A stretch of DNA of 64,000 nt from Scyliorhinus canicula (taxonomy: Eukaryota). The translations under genes and the position numbers were made by a program. The DNA is taken from NCBI RefSeq assembly GCF_902713615.1, contig NC_052160.1, positions 137,744,737 to 137,808,736 of the forward strand, written 5' to 3'. How positions within the stretch are numbered: the stretch's first letter is position 1; each line of letters begins with the position of its first letter. This document shows positions 11,541 to 22,850 of this stretch, one piece after another. The notes beneath the pieces are model-generated. The model searched no databases, was not told where the DNA came from, and worked only from the letters and a program-made list of their open reading frames with translations.

Positions 11541-13053
11541 ATCATCCTCACATTAATTTTATATTGCAATTATCAGTAAACAGCCTTCCTTCTTTAAGCT
11601 TGGGGGAGTGATTCGGGATGGCACGGTCACACAGTGGTTAGCACTGCTGCCTCACACCTCCAGGGGCCCGGCTTCAATTCCGGCCTCGGGTGGCTGTCTG
11701 TGTGGAGTCTGCATGTCCTCCCCGTGTCTGCGTGGGTTTCCTCCGGGTGCTCCGGTTTCCTCCCACAGTCCAAAGATGTGCAGGTTAGGTGGATTGGCCG
11801 TGCTAAATTGCCCCTTAGTGTCCAAACGGTTAGGTGAGGTTACTGGGTTATGGGGATAGGGTGGAGGCATGGCCTTAAGCGTTTCCAAGAACCGGTGCAG
11901 ACTCAATGGGCCGAATGGCCTCCTTCTGTACTGTAGGGATTCTGTGATTCAACGATCTCGTTGAATCCTGTGAGAGGCCTCTCGTGAGATTTGCGACGCT
12001 TGTAATGCCTCACGAGAACCAACGGAATCTCACAAGACGTCGCGATCTGGATCTTGCTCTCACTGCGCGTGACCCAGATCGGTATATTTAAATGAGCCAT
12101 TCGGTGTTCGCTGGATTCTCCCGGCACTCGGGATGTAACGGCCGCTCCTTGGAGATCTTCGTCAGGATGCCATTTGGAGCTGGTTTCCACAAACGTGGAT
12201 CAGGGATCACAGACTCAGGGTGGGGTGGGGGGCGGGGGGGGTTGCTCCCAGCCGTTAGAGACCCCTGGGTGGTCGGGCACAGGGCAAGGTGATACCGTGG
12301 GACTCCCGATGGCAGCCTGCCACCTTGGCCCTCCCACCCTGGCACCTTAGCCCTGCCACCCTGGCACCTTGGCAATGCCATCTTGCTGCTGTCTGGGTGC
12401 CAGGCTGGCAGTACCATCGTGTCCAGGTAGCAGGTTGACACTGATGGCGATCAGGCCCAGTGGAGCCTTTACAGGTGGAGGAGGGGTGACAGGGTGTTCC
12501 CAATGACCTCCTCAAAGTTGGGGTCAGAGGGGTCAAAAACAGGGTGGGAGGACTGAAAGTGTGCGGGGTGGGGGGGCACAAAGATCGGGTCAGTATTTCA
12601 AAATGCGAGGTGCATTTCCTGCCGGTGAGCAGAAGCAGGAAATCGCTCAAAGTGCGGCCTCAGGGGGGAGTCACTCCCCTCGGCCAAAAGAACAGCAAAG
12701 TGCCGTTCAATATTGGGGTGTTTTTCAGCTCTGCAGCCACCCAGAAACACCCTGCTAAACGCGTGCCAACCAGACATAAACATTGTCTGCTTGAATTGCC
12801 CTGAGGTTTCTCATCAACCCTCTTGGGATGAAGCTCAAATCTAGTTGGATTTGTAGCTTCGGATGAGCTGTGGGGTTAGTGAAGTGCCCAATTTAACTCT
12901 GCAATCCTCGGAAGAATTGGACTTCACAGGCTGTTGGGGGACAGGGCTTACACTCTGCAAATTTATATCACTGCATGTGTGTCCTGATTGTACATGCTTC
13001 ACCTGAACCAATTGACTGTTGTTTCTACAACCCTTTGGTTAGATAGTTCTGTT
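11541..13053 (+). repeat. Left arm of a long inverted duplication (unique DNA + V-SINE + MITE + unique DNA)
   Basis: Reverse complement of 18835-20516; ORFs 12544-12804(+) and 19311-19568(-) translate almost identically. Confidence 0.92.
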
Positions 13054-13159
13054 TTTGGTACATTTAGAATCCTTGGCTTAAATATTCCACCCATTCCTGA
13101 CGATGGGATATTCCGGTCCTGCCAATGGTGACCACCCGTGGTGCAATCCCGAGTGGCAG

Positions 13160-13850
13160 GAGATGCCAGGAAGGCAAAACACCACATTGAAATTGGCCAG
13201 CACAATGTTGTAGGCGTCACAGAGATGTAGCTGCAAGGAGATCAAGGCTGGGATCTACATATACAATGTTAAGGTTGCATTGTGAGTATGGAATGAAGTT
13301 AAATCGATGCCAGGGAGCGATATAGCCTCAGAAGGTGTAGAATCTCTGTGGGTAGAGTTGAGGAATCACAAAGGTAAAAAAGACCCTGATGGGAGTTATG
13401 TACAGGCCCCCAAGCAGTAGTCAGGGTGTGGGGCAGAATACAAATCAGGAGACAGAAAAGACATGTAAAAAAGGCAATATCACAATAATCTTGGGGGACT
13501 TCAATATACAGGTGGACTGGGAAAATCAGGTTGTGTAGTGGATCCCAAGAAAAGGAATTTGTGGAATGTCTAAGAGATGGTTATTTGAAGCAGCTTGTGA
13601 CAAAGCCAACTAGGGAACAGACAACTCTGGATTTGGTGATGTGTAATGAGGCAAATTTGATGAGGGAACTTAAGGTGAAGGAACCCTTAAAGAGCAGTGA
13701 CCACAATATGATAGAATTTACCCTGCAGTTTGAGAGGGAGTAGCTGCAATCAGAGGTAACGGTATTACAATTAAATAAGGGTATCTACAAGGACATGAGG
13801 GAGGAGCTGGCCAGAGTTGATTGGAGAAGGATCTAGCAGGGAAGACAGTC
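13160..13850 (+). mobile_element. CR1 LINE ORF2 endonuclease fragment
   Basis: EFVECLRDGYLKQLVTKPTREQTTLDLVMCN...SSDHNMIEF. Confidence 0.8.
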
Positions 13851-14299
13851 TTCACGGTGGAAGACACCAGTGGGATTCCAGAGCTCAAATTGAATTGTTA
13901 TTCATGACCCAAGTAGGAGGCATTTGGATTAATTTCCTGCATAAAGCACCAAGAGGATAATTTATTATATTGATACACATTACAGCAAGAAGCAAAACAA
14001 CCAGAAATTGAAATTGAAAAGATATTTTCACATAGAGACAGCAGGATGCTCCATCCCGCTGAACCGCATTTCTGCCCCATCACGCCGGCGGGATGTTCCA
14101 TTACGCTGGCCAGTCAATCGGGTTTCCCATTGTGGGGCAGCCCACGCTGTCAGGAAACCCCCAGGCTGCCAGCAAAACGGAGCATCCCAACGGCGGAGCA
14201 TCCCGCCCAATATCTTTACTTAATGTCGGAATTTGGCAATGGTCAGCCAACAAGAGATCATTTCCTCAAATTGCAACAAGTGGCATCGACACAAATAAT

Positions 14300-14442
14300 G
14301 TTGTGAAGCAGTATGATTGGTCAGCTTCTCTTATCCTGTATGTGTTGGGCAGATATTGCTGGATCAAGGAGGAAGTAAATGATTCATCGCAGATCTTCTG
14401 ACCGATACAGAGACACTGAAAACTGTGGAAACCATTGGGAGC
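14300..14442 (+). promoter_or_regulatory. Putative proximal promoter/5' UTR of gene B
   Basis: Non-repeat block conserved with 36770-36919; inverted CCAAT 14316-14320, GATA (CTTATC) 14330-14335, GAGGAAGT Ets/PU.1-type site 14369-14376. Confidence 0.5.
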
Positions 14443-14482
14443 ATGATTATTACTGCAATGCTGTTCCTCACTTTGATATCAA
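14443..14482 (+). CDS. Gene B leader (signal peptide) exon
   Basis: ATG...TCAA|gtaaga, MIITAMLFLTLIS, phase 1; paralog at 36920. Confidence 0.85.
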
Positions 14483-14574
14483 GTAAGATTTTCCAATTCT
14501 ATATTTGGAGTAACAGCTCATGTTTATGTCTGAGAAAAATGGCACGACGTTTCTATTTTTTAAATTCAGTTCGG

Positions 14575-14788
14575 GGATGTGGGTGTCGCTGGTTATGCCA
14601 GCATTTATGGCCCATCCCTAGCTGCCCTTCAGAAAGTGGTGGTGAGCTGCCTTCTTGAACCGCTGCAGTCTGGGTGTAGGTACACCCACTGTGCTGTTCG
14701 GGAGGGAGTTCCAACGACAGTGAAGGAACAGCGATCTATTTCCTAGTCAGGATGGTGAGTGACTTGGAGGGGAACCTCCAGGTGGGGT

Positions 14789-14821
<33 letters not shown>

Positions 14822-15370
14822 CCCAGGTATCTGCTGCTCTTGTCCTTCTGGGTGGTAGTGGTCGTGGATTTGGAAGGTGCGATCTAAGGAACCTTGGTGA
14901 GTTACTGAGGTGCATCTTGTAGATGGTACACACGGCTGCCACTGTTCGCAGTGGTCGAGGGTTTGAATGTTTGTGGAAGGGGGAGCAATCAAGTGGGGCT
15001 GCTTTGTCCTGGATGGTGTTGAGCTTATTGAGTGTTGTTGGAGCTGCGCTCAACCAGACAAGTGGCGAATAAGCCATGGGGACGTCACGGGGTCCAGAGT
15101 CGATGTTGAGGACTCCCAGGGCAACTCCCTCCCGACTGTATACCACTGTACCACCACCTCTGCTGGGTCTGTCCTGCCGAATAGACAGGACATTTCCAGA
15201 AATGGTAATTGTGCAGTCTGTGACATGGGCTATAAGATATGATTCTGTGAGTATGACTATATTAGGCTGTTGTTTAGCTAGGCTGTGAAATAGCTCTCCC
15301 AACATTAGCACAAGCCCCCAGATGTTAGTAAGGAGGAACTTGCAGGGTCGGCAGAGCTGGGTTTGCTGTT
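14575..15370 (-). mobile_element. L2/CR1-group LINE remnant (internally deleted)
   Basis: ORF 14736-15311: KQQPNIVILTESYL and LDTIQDKAA-type motifs; same insertion at 37050-38160. Confidence 0.75.
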
Positions 15371-15423
15371 GTTATTTCCGGAGCCTGGTTCGGTGTCGGG
15401 CAGCTGTCGGGCAGTCCGCCCGT

Positions 15424-16470
15424 TTTTAGCAGTATATATATATATATATATTTAGCAGTATATATATATATATATTTAGCAGTATATATATATATTTAGC
15501 AGTATATATATATATTTAGCAGTATATATATATATATTTAGCAGTATATATATATATATTTAGCAGTATATATATATATTTAGCAGTATATATATATATA
15601 TTTAGCAGTATATATATATATTTAGCAGTATATATATATATATTTAGCAGTATATATATATATTTAGCAGTATATATATATATTTAGCAGTATATATATA
15701 TTTAGCAGTATATATATATTTAGCAGTATATATATATATTTAGCAGTATATATATATTTAGCAGTATCTATATATTTAGCAGTATATATATATATATATA
15801 TATTTAGCAGTATATATATATATTTAGCAGTATATATATATATATTTAGCAGTATATATATATATATTTAGCAGTATATATATATATTTAGCAGTATATA
15901 TATATATATTTAGCAGTATATATATATATTTAGCAGTATATATATATATTTAGCAGTATATATATATTTAGCAGTATATATATATTTAGCAGTATATATA
16001 TATATTTAGCAGTATATATATATTNNNNNNNNNNNNNNNNNNNNNNNNNNNNNNNNNNNNNNNNNNNNNNNNNNNNNNNNNNNNNNNNNNNNNNNNNNNN
16101 NNNNNNNNNNNNNNNNNNNNNNNNNNNNNNNNNNNNNNNNNNNNNNNNNNNNNNNNNNTTTAGCAGTATATATATATATTTAGCAGTATATATATATATT
16201 TAGCAGTATATATATATTTAGCAGTATATATATTTAGCAGTATATATATATTTAGCAGTATATATATATATATTTAGCAGTATATATATATATATTTAGC
16301 AGTATATATATATATTTAGCAGTATATATATATTTAGCAGTATATATATATATATTTAGCAGTATATATATATATATTTAGCAGTATATATATATATATA
16401 TTTAGCAGTATATATATATATATTTAGCAGTATATATATATATTTAGCAGTATATATATATATTTAGCAG
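15424..16470. repeat. Compound tandem array TTTAGCAG(TA)n with an assembly gap at 16025-16158
   Basis: Directly visible; constant 8-mer separated by TA runs of variable length. Confidence 0.97.
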
Positions 16471-17356
16471 CGTGTCGCGTCTTTTCGTCCGACGTCACTT
16501 CGTCCAACGACACTTCGTCCACGTCTTTTGGTCCAACGTCTTTTTGTCCGCCCGTCTTTTGGTCCAACGTCACTTCGTCCAATTATCCAATTACAAATTA
16601 GCTCCGTATAAAACCATTTAATTGATAAAATGCAAGTACAATACAGCAAGTGAATTTAATTGCTAAAATGCAAGTAATTGATAAAATGCAAGTAAAATGT
16701 AAGTTGAAAAATGCAGTTAAAAAGTTAAAAAATCTAAAAATGCAGTTAAAAAATCTAAAAGTTTACTAATTACTTAAAATTCCCGAAATTACTTAAAATT
16801 GATGTAAATTGTAAATTCCCGAAATTCCCTAAAAGTTAGATTTCCAGAACTGTACCCGAGAGAGAATAATGGGGAGAGGACAAGATGATTTGATATTCTA
16901 CAATTCCGACACACAGAGATATAAGTGGGAGTCTAATTGGATTTAGACAATGAGTGCAGTTCTGAAAGAAGCAGATTTAAACTCGATTTTCGTCGAGTGA
17001 TTAAAACCTCTGGTTGGCAGTGGGTTCTGACATTACAGGTCTGAAATGATCAAATATTCCATCAGATACAATGGCTCTCATCACGCTGGAGCATACATGG
17101 GTGAATATCCTGCAGCTTATCTTAATAATGTCTGGAGATCAAGCAGCACAAATGCAGAACTCAACCTCAAGAGGCGAAATAGGTGGAGAGGATCCTTGAG
17201 CAGTAACATTGAAAAACTAAATTAAACTATTTGTAATTGGATAATTGGACGAAGTGACGTTGGACCAAAAGACGGGCGGACAAAAAGACGTTGGACCAAA
17301 AGACGTGGACGAAGTGTCGTTGGACGAAATGACGTCGGACGAAAAGACATAGCACC
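16471..17356. mobile_element. Non-autonomous DNA transposon with long modular TIRs (Mutator/foldback-like)
   Basis: 16479-16598 and 17229-17348 are inverted, 119/120 identical; ATTTAGCAG (9 bp) on both flanks. Confidence 0.8.
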
Positions 17357-17379
17357 ATTTAGCAGTATATATATATATA

Positions 17380-18834
17380 TTTTAAGGGCCTAACGGGTGT
17401 TTAATCTTTTTTTTCCTTTTAAAGCTCTTTGGGAATTCAAATCAGAGGGGATGGAAGCTAGGGCAGTTACCAGCTCCTCCTGTAGGATGTGGATGGTGAT
17501 TACACCAGCCGGATGTGCACCCAACTCCAGCTCCTCGGAGACCGCGTTAGGGAACTGGAGCTAGAGCTGGATGAACTTCGGATCATCCAGGAGGCAGAGG
17601 GGGTGATAGAGAAGAGTAACAGGGAGGTAGCCACACCCAAGGTGCAGGACAAGAGTAGCTGGGTTACACTCAGGGGAAGGAAAAGGAACAGGCAGACAGT
17701 GCAGGGATCCTTCGTGGCCGTTCCCCTTCAAAACAAGTGTACCGTTTTGGATGCTGTTGGGGACCTACCGGGGGAAGGTCCTAGCAGCCAGGTCTCCGGC
17801 ACTGAGCCTGGGTCTGTGGCCCAGAAGGGAAGGGGAAGAATACAAAAGCAATAGTGATAGGAGCCTCAATGGTTAGGGAAACGGGTAGGAGATTTTGTGG
17901 TTGCGAACGAGACTCCCGGAAGGTATGTTGCCTCCCGGGTGCCAGGGTCAGGGATGTCTCGGATTGAGTCTGCAGGATTCTGAAGGGGGAGGGGGAGCAA
18001 CCAGAAGTCGTGGTGCACATAGGCACCAACAACACAGGTAAGAAAAGGGATGAGGATCTAAAAAGGGAGTTAGGTTGGAAGCTAAAGAGCAGGACAAGCA
18101 GAGTACTGATCTCAGGATTGCTACCGGTGCCACGTGCAAGTGAGGCAAGGAAGAGAGAACGAGTGCAGCTGAACACATGGCTACAGGGCTGGTGCAGGAG
18201 GGAAGGCTTCAGATATGTGGATCATTGGGATATCTTCTGGCGAAGGTGGGACCAGTACATGAAGGACGGATTGCACCTAAACTGGAGGGGGCACCAATAT
18301 CCTGGGTGGGAGGTTTGCTCGAGCTCTTCGGGAGGGTTTAAACTAGTTTGGCAGGGGGATGGGAACCAGAGCTATGGATCAGAGGATAGGGTAGCTGTTG
18401 AATGGGCTGAAATAGTATGCAGCAAGTCTGTGAGGAAGGATAGACAGTTGATAGGGCAAAGTTGCACTCAGTGGAATGGGTTAAAGTGTGTCTGTTTCAA
18501 TGTAAGAAGTGTCAGGAATAAGGGAGATGAACTCAGAGCATGGATCAGTACTTGGAACTATGATGTGGCCATTACGGGGACATGGATTTCACAGCGGCAA
18601 GAATAGTTGTTCGATGTTTTGTGGTTTAGATGTTTTAAGAAGAATAGAGAGGGAGGTAAAAGAGGAGGGGGAGTGGCACTGTGAATTAGGGAGTGCACCA
18701 CACTGCAGAAAATGTGGTAGTGGAGGAAGGTTTGTCTTCTGAGTCAGTATGGGTGGAAGTCAGAAACAAGAGAGGAGCAGTCACTTTATTGGGAGTTTTC
18801 TATAGACCCCCCAATAGCAGCAGTGAGATGGAGG
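17380..18834 (+). mobile_element. CR1 LINE 5' portion: ORF1 (SGNH esterase-type) and start of ORF2
   Basis: VHIGTNNTG...DGLHLNWRG and LKCVCFNVRSVRNKGDELRAW; truncated at the junction with the inverted arm. Confidence 0.85.
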
Positions 18835-20516
18835 AACAGAACTATCTGACCAAAGGATTGTAGAAACAGCAGTCAATTGGTTAAGATGAGGCAGCTACAA
18901 TCAGGACACACATGCAGTAACATAAATTTGCAGAGTGTAAGTCCTGTCGCCCAACAGACTGGGAAGTCCAATTCTGTCCAGGATTGCAGAGTTAAACTTC
19001 CTTTTTCATTTTTTTCCAATTAAGGGGCAATTTAGCGAGGCCAATCCACCTAGCCTGCACATCTTTGAGTTGTGGGGGCGAAACCCACGCAAACACGGGG
19101 AGAATGTGTAAACTCCACATGGACAGTGACCCAGAGCCGGGATCAAACCTGGGACCTCGGCGCCCTGAGGCCACAGGGCTAACCCACTGCGCCACCGTGC
19201 TGCCCCTTGATTGCAGAGTTAAAATGGACACTCCACTAACCCCACAGCTCATCCGAAGCTACAAATCCAACTAGATTTGAGCTTCATCCCAAGATGGTTG
19301 ATGAGAAACCTCAGGGCAATTCAAGCAGACAATGTTTATGTCTGGTTGGCACGCGTTTAGCAGGGTGTTTCTGGGTGGCTGCAGTGCTGAAAAACACCCC
19401 AATATTGAACGGCACTTTGCTGTTCTTTTGGCCGAGGGGAGTGACTCCCCCCTGAGGCCGCACTTTGAGCGATTTCCTGCTTCTACTCACCGGCAGGAAA
19501 TGCACCTCGCATTTTGAAAATACTGACTCAATCCTTCTCTCCCCCCCCCCCCCCCCCCCCCTGCACACTTTCCGCCCTCCCCCCCCCCCCTCCTTTTCAC
19601 CCTTCTGACCCCAACCTTGGGGAGGTCATTAGGAACACCCTGTCACCCCTCCTCCACCTGGTAAGGCTCCACTGGGCCTGATCGCCATCAGTGTCAATCT
19701 GCTACCTGGACACACTGGTACTGCCAGCCTGGCAGCCAGGCAGTGGCAAGATGGCACTGCCAAGGTGCCAGGGTGGGAGGGTCACGGTGATAGGCTGGCA
19801 TAGGGAGTTCCCACCACCCCCCCCCCCCCCACCCCCCCGCCCCCACCACCCCACCACCCCGGGTCTGTTTTGCCTGATCCAGCTCTAAATCCTGACGAAG
19901 ATCTCCCAGGAGTGACCGTTACATCCCAAGTGCTGGGAGACTCCGGCGATCGCCTAATGGCTCATTTAAATATACCGATCTGGGTCACGCGCAGCGAGAG
20001 CGAAATCCAGATCGCGACGTCTCGTGAGATTCCGTTGTTTCCAGCGTCGCAAATCTCACGAGGGGCCTCTCGCAGGATTCAACGGCCTTTTTGGGCCCAA
20101 CGAGGCCGTTGAATCACAGAAGCCCTACAGTGCAGAGGGAGGCCATTCGGCCCATTGACTCTGCACCGGTTCTTGGAAACAGCACCCTACTTAAAGCCAC
20201 GCCTCCACCCTATTCCCACAACCCAGTATCTCACCTAACCTTTTGGACACTAAGGGGCAATGTAGCACGGCCAATCCACCTAATCTGTACATTTTTGGAC
20301 TGTGGGAGGGAACCGGGGCACCCGGAGGAAACCCACGCAGACACGGGGAGAATGTGGCAAACTCCACAGAGACAGTCACCCGAGGCCGGAATTGAACCCG
20401 AGCCCCTGGAGATGTGAGGCAGCAGTGCTAACCACTGTGCGGCTGTGCCACCCCGAATCACTCCCCCAACCTTAAAGAAGCTGATAATTGCAATATAATG
20501 TTAATGTGAGGATGAT
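18835..20516 (-). repeat. Right arm of the inverted duplication (in gene B intron 1)
   Basis: Reverse complement of 11541-13053 plus one extra SINE; absent at the homologous point of gene C intron 1 (about 41970). Confidence 0.92.
18997..19208 (-). mobile_element. Short V-SINE inserted after the duplication
   Basis: 15-bp TSD GATTGCAGAGTTAAA (18982-18996 and 19209-19223); empty site in the left arm. Confidence 0.9.
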
Positions 20517-21223
20517 TTTTGAATTTTAAATAAGAGTAATAAATGCAAAGTGAGGAGTTATGTTAACCCTTCACTACTCACTGGTTAGGTACTGTGTTCA
20601 ACTCTGGGCAACACACTTGAGGGAGGAGGTCAAGCCCCTGGCGAGGGCACAGGGCAGATTTACCAGGATGATACCAGGAATGTGGCAGTTTGGATTTGTG
20701 GGCAGATTGGAGAAATTGGGATTATTGTCCTTAGAGTAGAAAAGATTAAAGGGAAAAAAGTATTGAAATTGAGGAAGGGTCTCATGCAGCAGGTGGAGAG
20801 TAATTATTTCCTCTGCTGGTGGATTGGTAACAAGAGATCATAGAGTTAAAATAGTTGGGAGAAAAAACAGTGGGTAAATGAGGAGACGTTATTTCACACA
20901 TTAGGCTGTTATCATCTGGAAAACACCACCTGGAATAATCATGGAATGAGATTCCAGAGGAACTTTCCAAAGGCAGATGGACATACATTTGAAGGGGACC
21001 AATGTGCAGGGTTTCGGAGGGGGGCTGGGGTGTGGGATTAAATTGGACAATAAATGTTCTAAGAGCTGGCACAGACATGACGGGCCGAATGGCCTCCTTC
21101 TCTGCTTTAAGGTTCTTGACACCAGTCCCACTCAGGATTTGTGTGTGTCCCCTTGTGAAAGGATTGTCTAAAATTGATTGATGGGATATTTCCAGCTTTC
21201 TTAAAACATGTTTCACCCAACAG

Positions 21224-21553
21224 CTTCACAGACACAGACGGCTCCGATAGTGATGAGAGCTGCAGTGGGAGAAACCATCACAGTGGGATGTCTACAGGGA
21301 GAAAGGTACAAAGGAAACTCTGCAATCTGGTGGTGCAGGACAACTTCGGGAACTCGGTGCGATCATATATCGAGCATTGATGGGCAGAAAGTCAGAAATG
21401 ATTATCGAGGAACATCAATTGCTAATACAAATGGCAAGATTTCAGTAACCATACGACACCTTCAAGAGATAGAAACAGGAGCATACTGCTGTGGACTAGA
21501 AGATAACGGCTCATTCAATATTTCAGATGTTATATTGCTGAAGGTTTTCACAG
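21224..21553 (+). CDS. Gene B exon: Ig V-set domain D1
   Basis: ccaacag|CT...ACAG|gtaaga, 330 bp phase 1-1; TVGC...IWWC...RC...ETGAYCCG. Confidence 0.9.
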
Positions 21554-21715
21554 GTAAGAATATTGCAGAAGATTGATTCTAGCGTTGATAATGTGGTTGG
21601 GCTGCAGTAACACTGCTGCTGTGTGAGCTCAGACTATGAAAGGATTATCACAGTTCCTTATGTACAAGTAAAGACCTCCCATCCTCCCATTTCTATCCAT
21701 TTCCATTAACCTCTC

Positions 21716-22850
21716 TAAATATAGGATAAAAGCAAATTACTGCGGATGCTGGAATCTGAAACGAAAGAGAAAATGCTGGAAAATCTCAGCAGGTCTGGCA
21801 GCATCTGTAGGGAGAGAAAAGAGCGAACGTTTCGAGTCCGATGACTCTTTGTCAAAGCTAAAAGACAGAAAAAGTGAGAAATATTTATACTGTTGAGTAA
21901 GAATGAAAGATGAGCCACAGCTACAGAAACCGAGGGAAACAGGGTGCTAATAGCCACAGAAAGCAAGGGGGAAGATGGCAGTCCCCAGAGAGAACAAAAG
22001 GTGTAAAAGGCCAAACAGCAGAAAAACTAACATCAGAGGCTAAACTGTGACAGATGGAGATGTGGGGGGGATGGGAAGGGGTAAGCAAAGGGGAGAAGGG
22101 ATAAGGAAAGGTTGATAAGATGGGGCGGGTAGTTAAATATATATTAGGAAAGACAAGAAAGAAAGAAATGGTAAGAGATAGTTGAAATGAAATGGGATGA
22201 AAAGCACAATCCTCCGCCATTTTTGCCATCTCCAGCATGATGCCACCACCAAGCACGTCTTCCCTTCACTCCCTCTGTCAGCATTCCGCAGAGACCGTTC
22301 CCTCCGAGATAATCTGGCCCACTCCTCCACCCAACACCTCTCCCATCACCCATGGCACCTTCCCATGCAATCGCAGAAGGTGTAACACCTGACCCTTTAC
22401 CTCTTCCATGCTTAACATCCCAGGCCCAAAACATTCATTCCAGGTTAAGCAGCGTTTCACTTGCATCTCTTCCAATTTGGTCTATTGCATTCGCTGCTCC
22501 CAATGTGGTCTCCTCTATATCAGAGAGACCAAATACAGACTGGGTGATCGCTTTGCTGAGCATCTTCAGTCTGTGCGTATTCAGGACCCTGATCTTCCCG
22601 TTGCTTGCCATTTTAACACAAGACCCTGCTCCCATGCCCACATGTCTGTCCTTGGCCTGCTGCAGTGTTGCTGTGAAGCTCAATGCAAACTGGAGGAACA
22701 GCATCTCATCTTCCGGTTAGGCACGCTACAGCCTTCCGGTCTCAACATCGAATTCAACAACTTCAGATGATTAGCTCTACCCCACCTCGACCCATTTTGT
22801 TTTAATCCCATTTCATTTCAACTGTCTCGTAACATTTCTGTCTCACACCA
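21716..22850 (+). mobile_element. Penelope-like element: GIY-YIG endonuclease end with an inverted upstream pseudo-LTR
   Basis: ORF 22408-22770 NLVYCIRCSQCGLLYIRET...EHL...LGTLQPSGLN; about 22150-22200 is the reverse complement of the post-ORF sequence at about 22805-22850. Confidence 0.85.
21821..21860 (-). ncRNA. Degenerate hammerhead ribozyme in the Penelope pseudo-LTR
   Basis: Minus strand TTGACAA-A-GAGTC-ATCG-GACTC-GAAA-CGTT; stem II and GAAA intact, CUGANGA core has two changes. Confidence 0.5.

Noticed and set aside
15424-16470. CRISPR-like repeat-spacer pattern
   Set aside because: The spacers are only TA runs, the DNA is eukaryotic and there are no cas genes.
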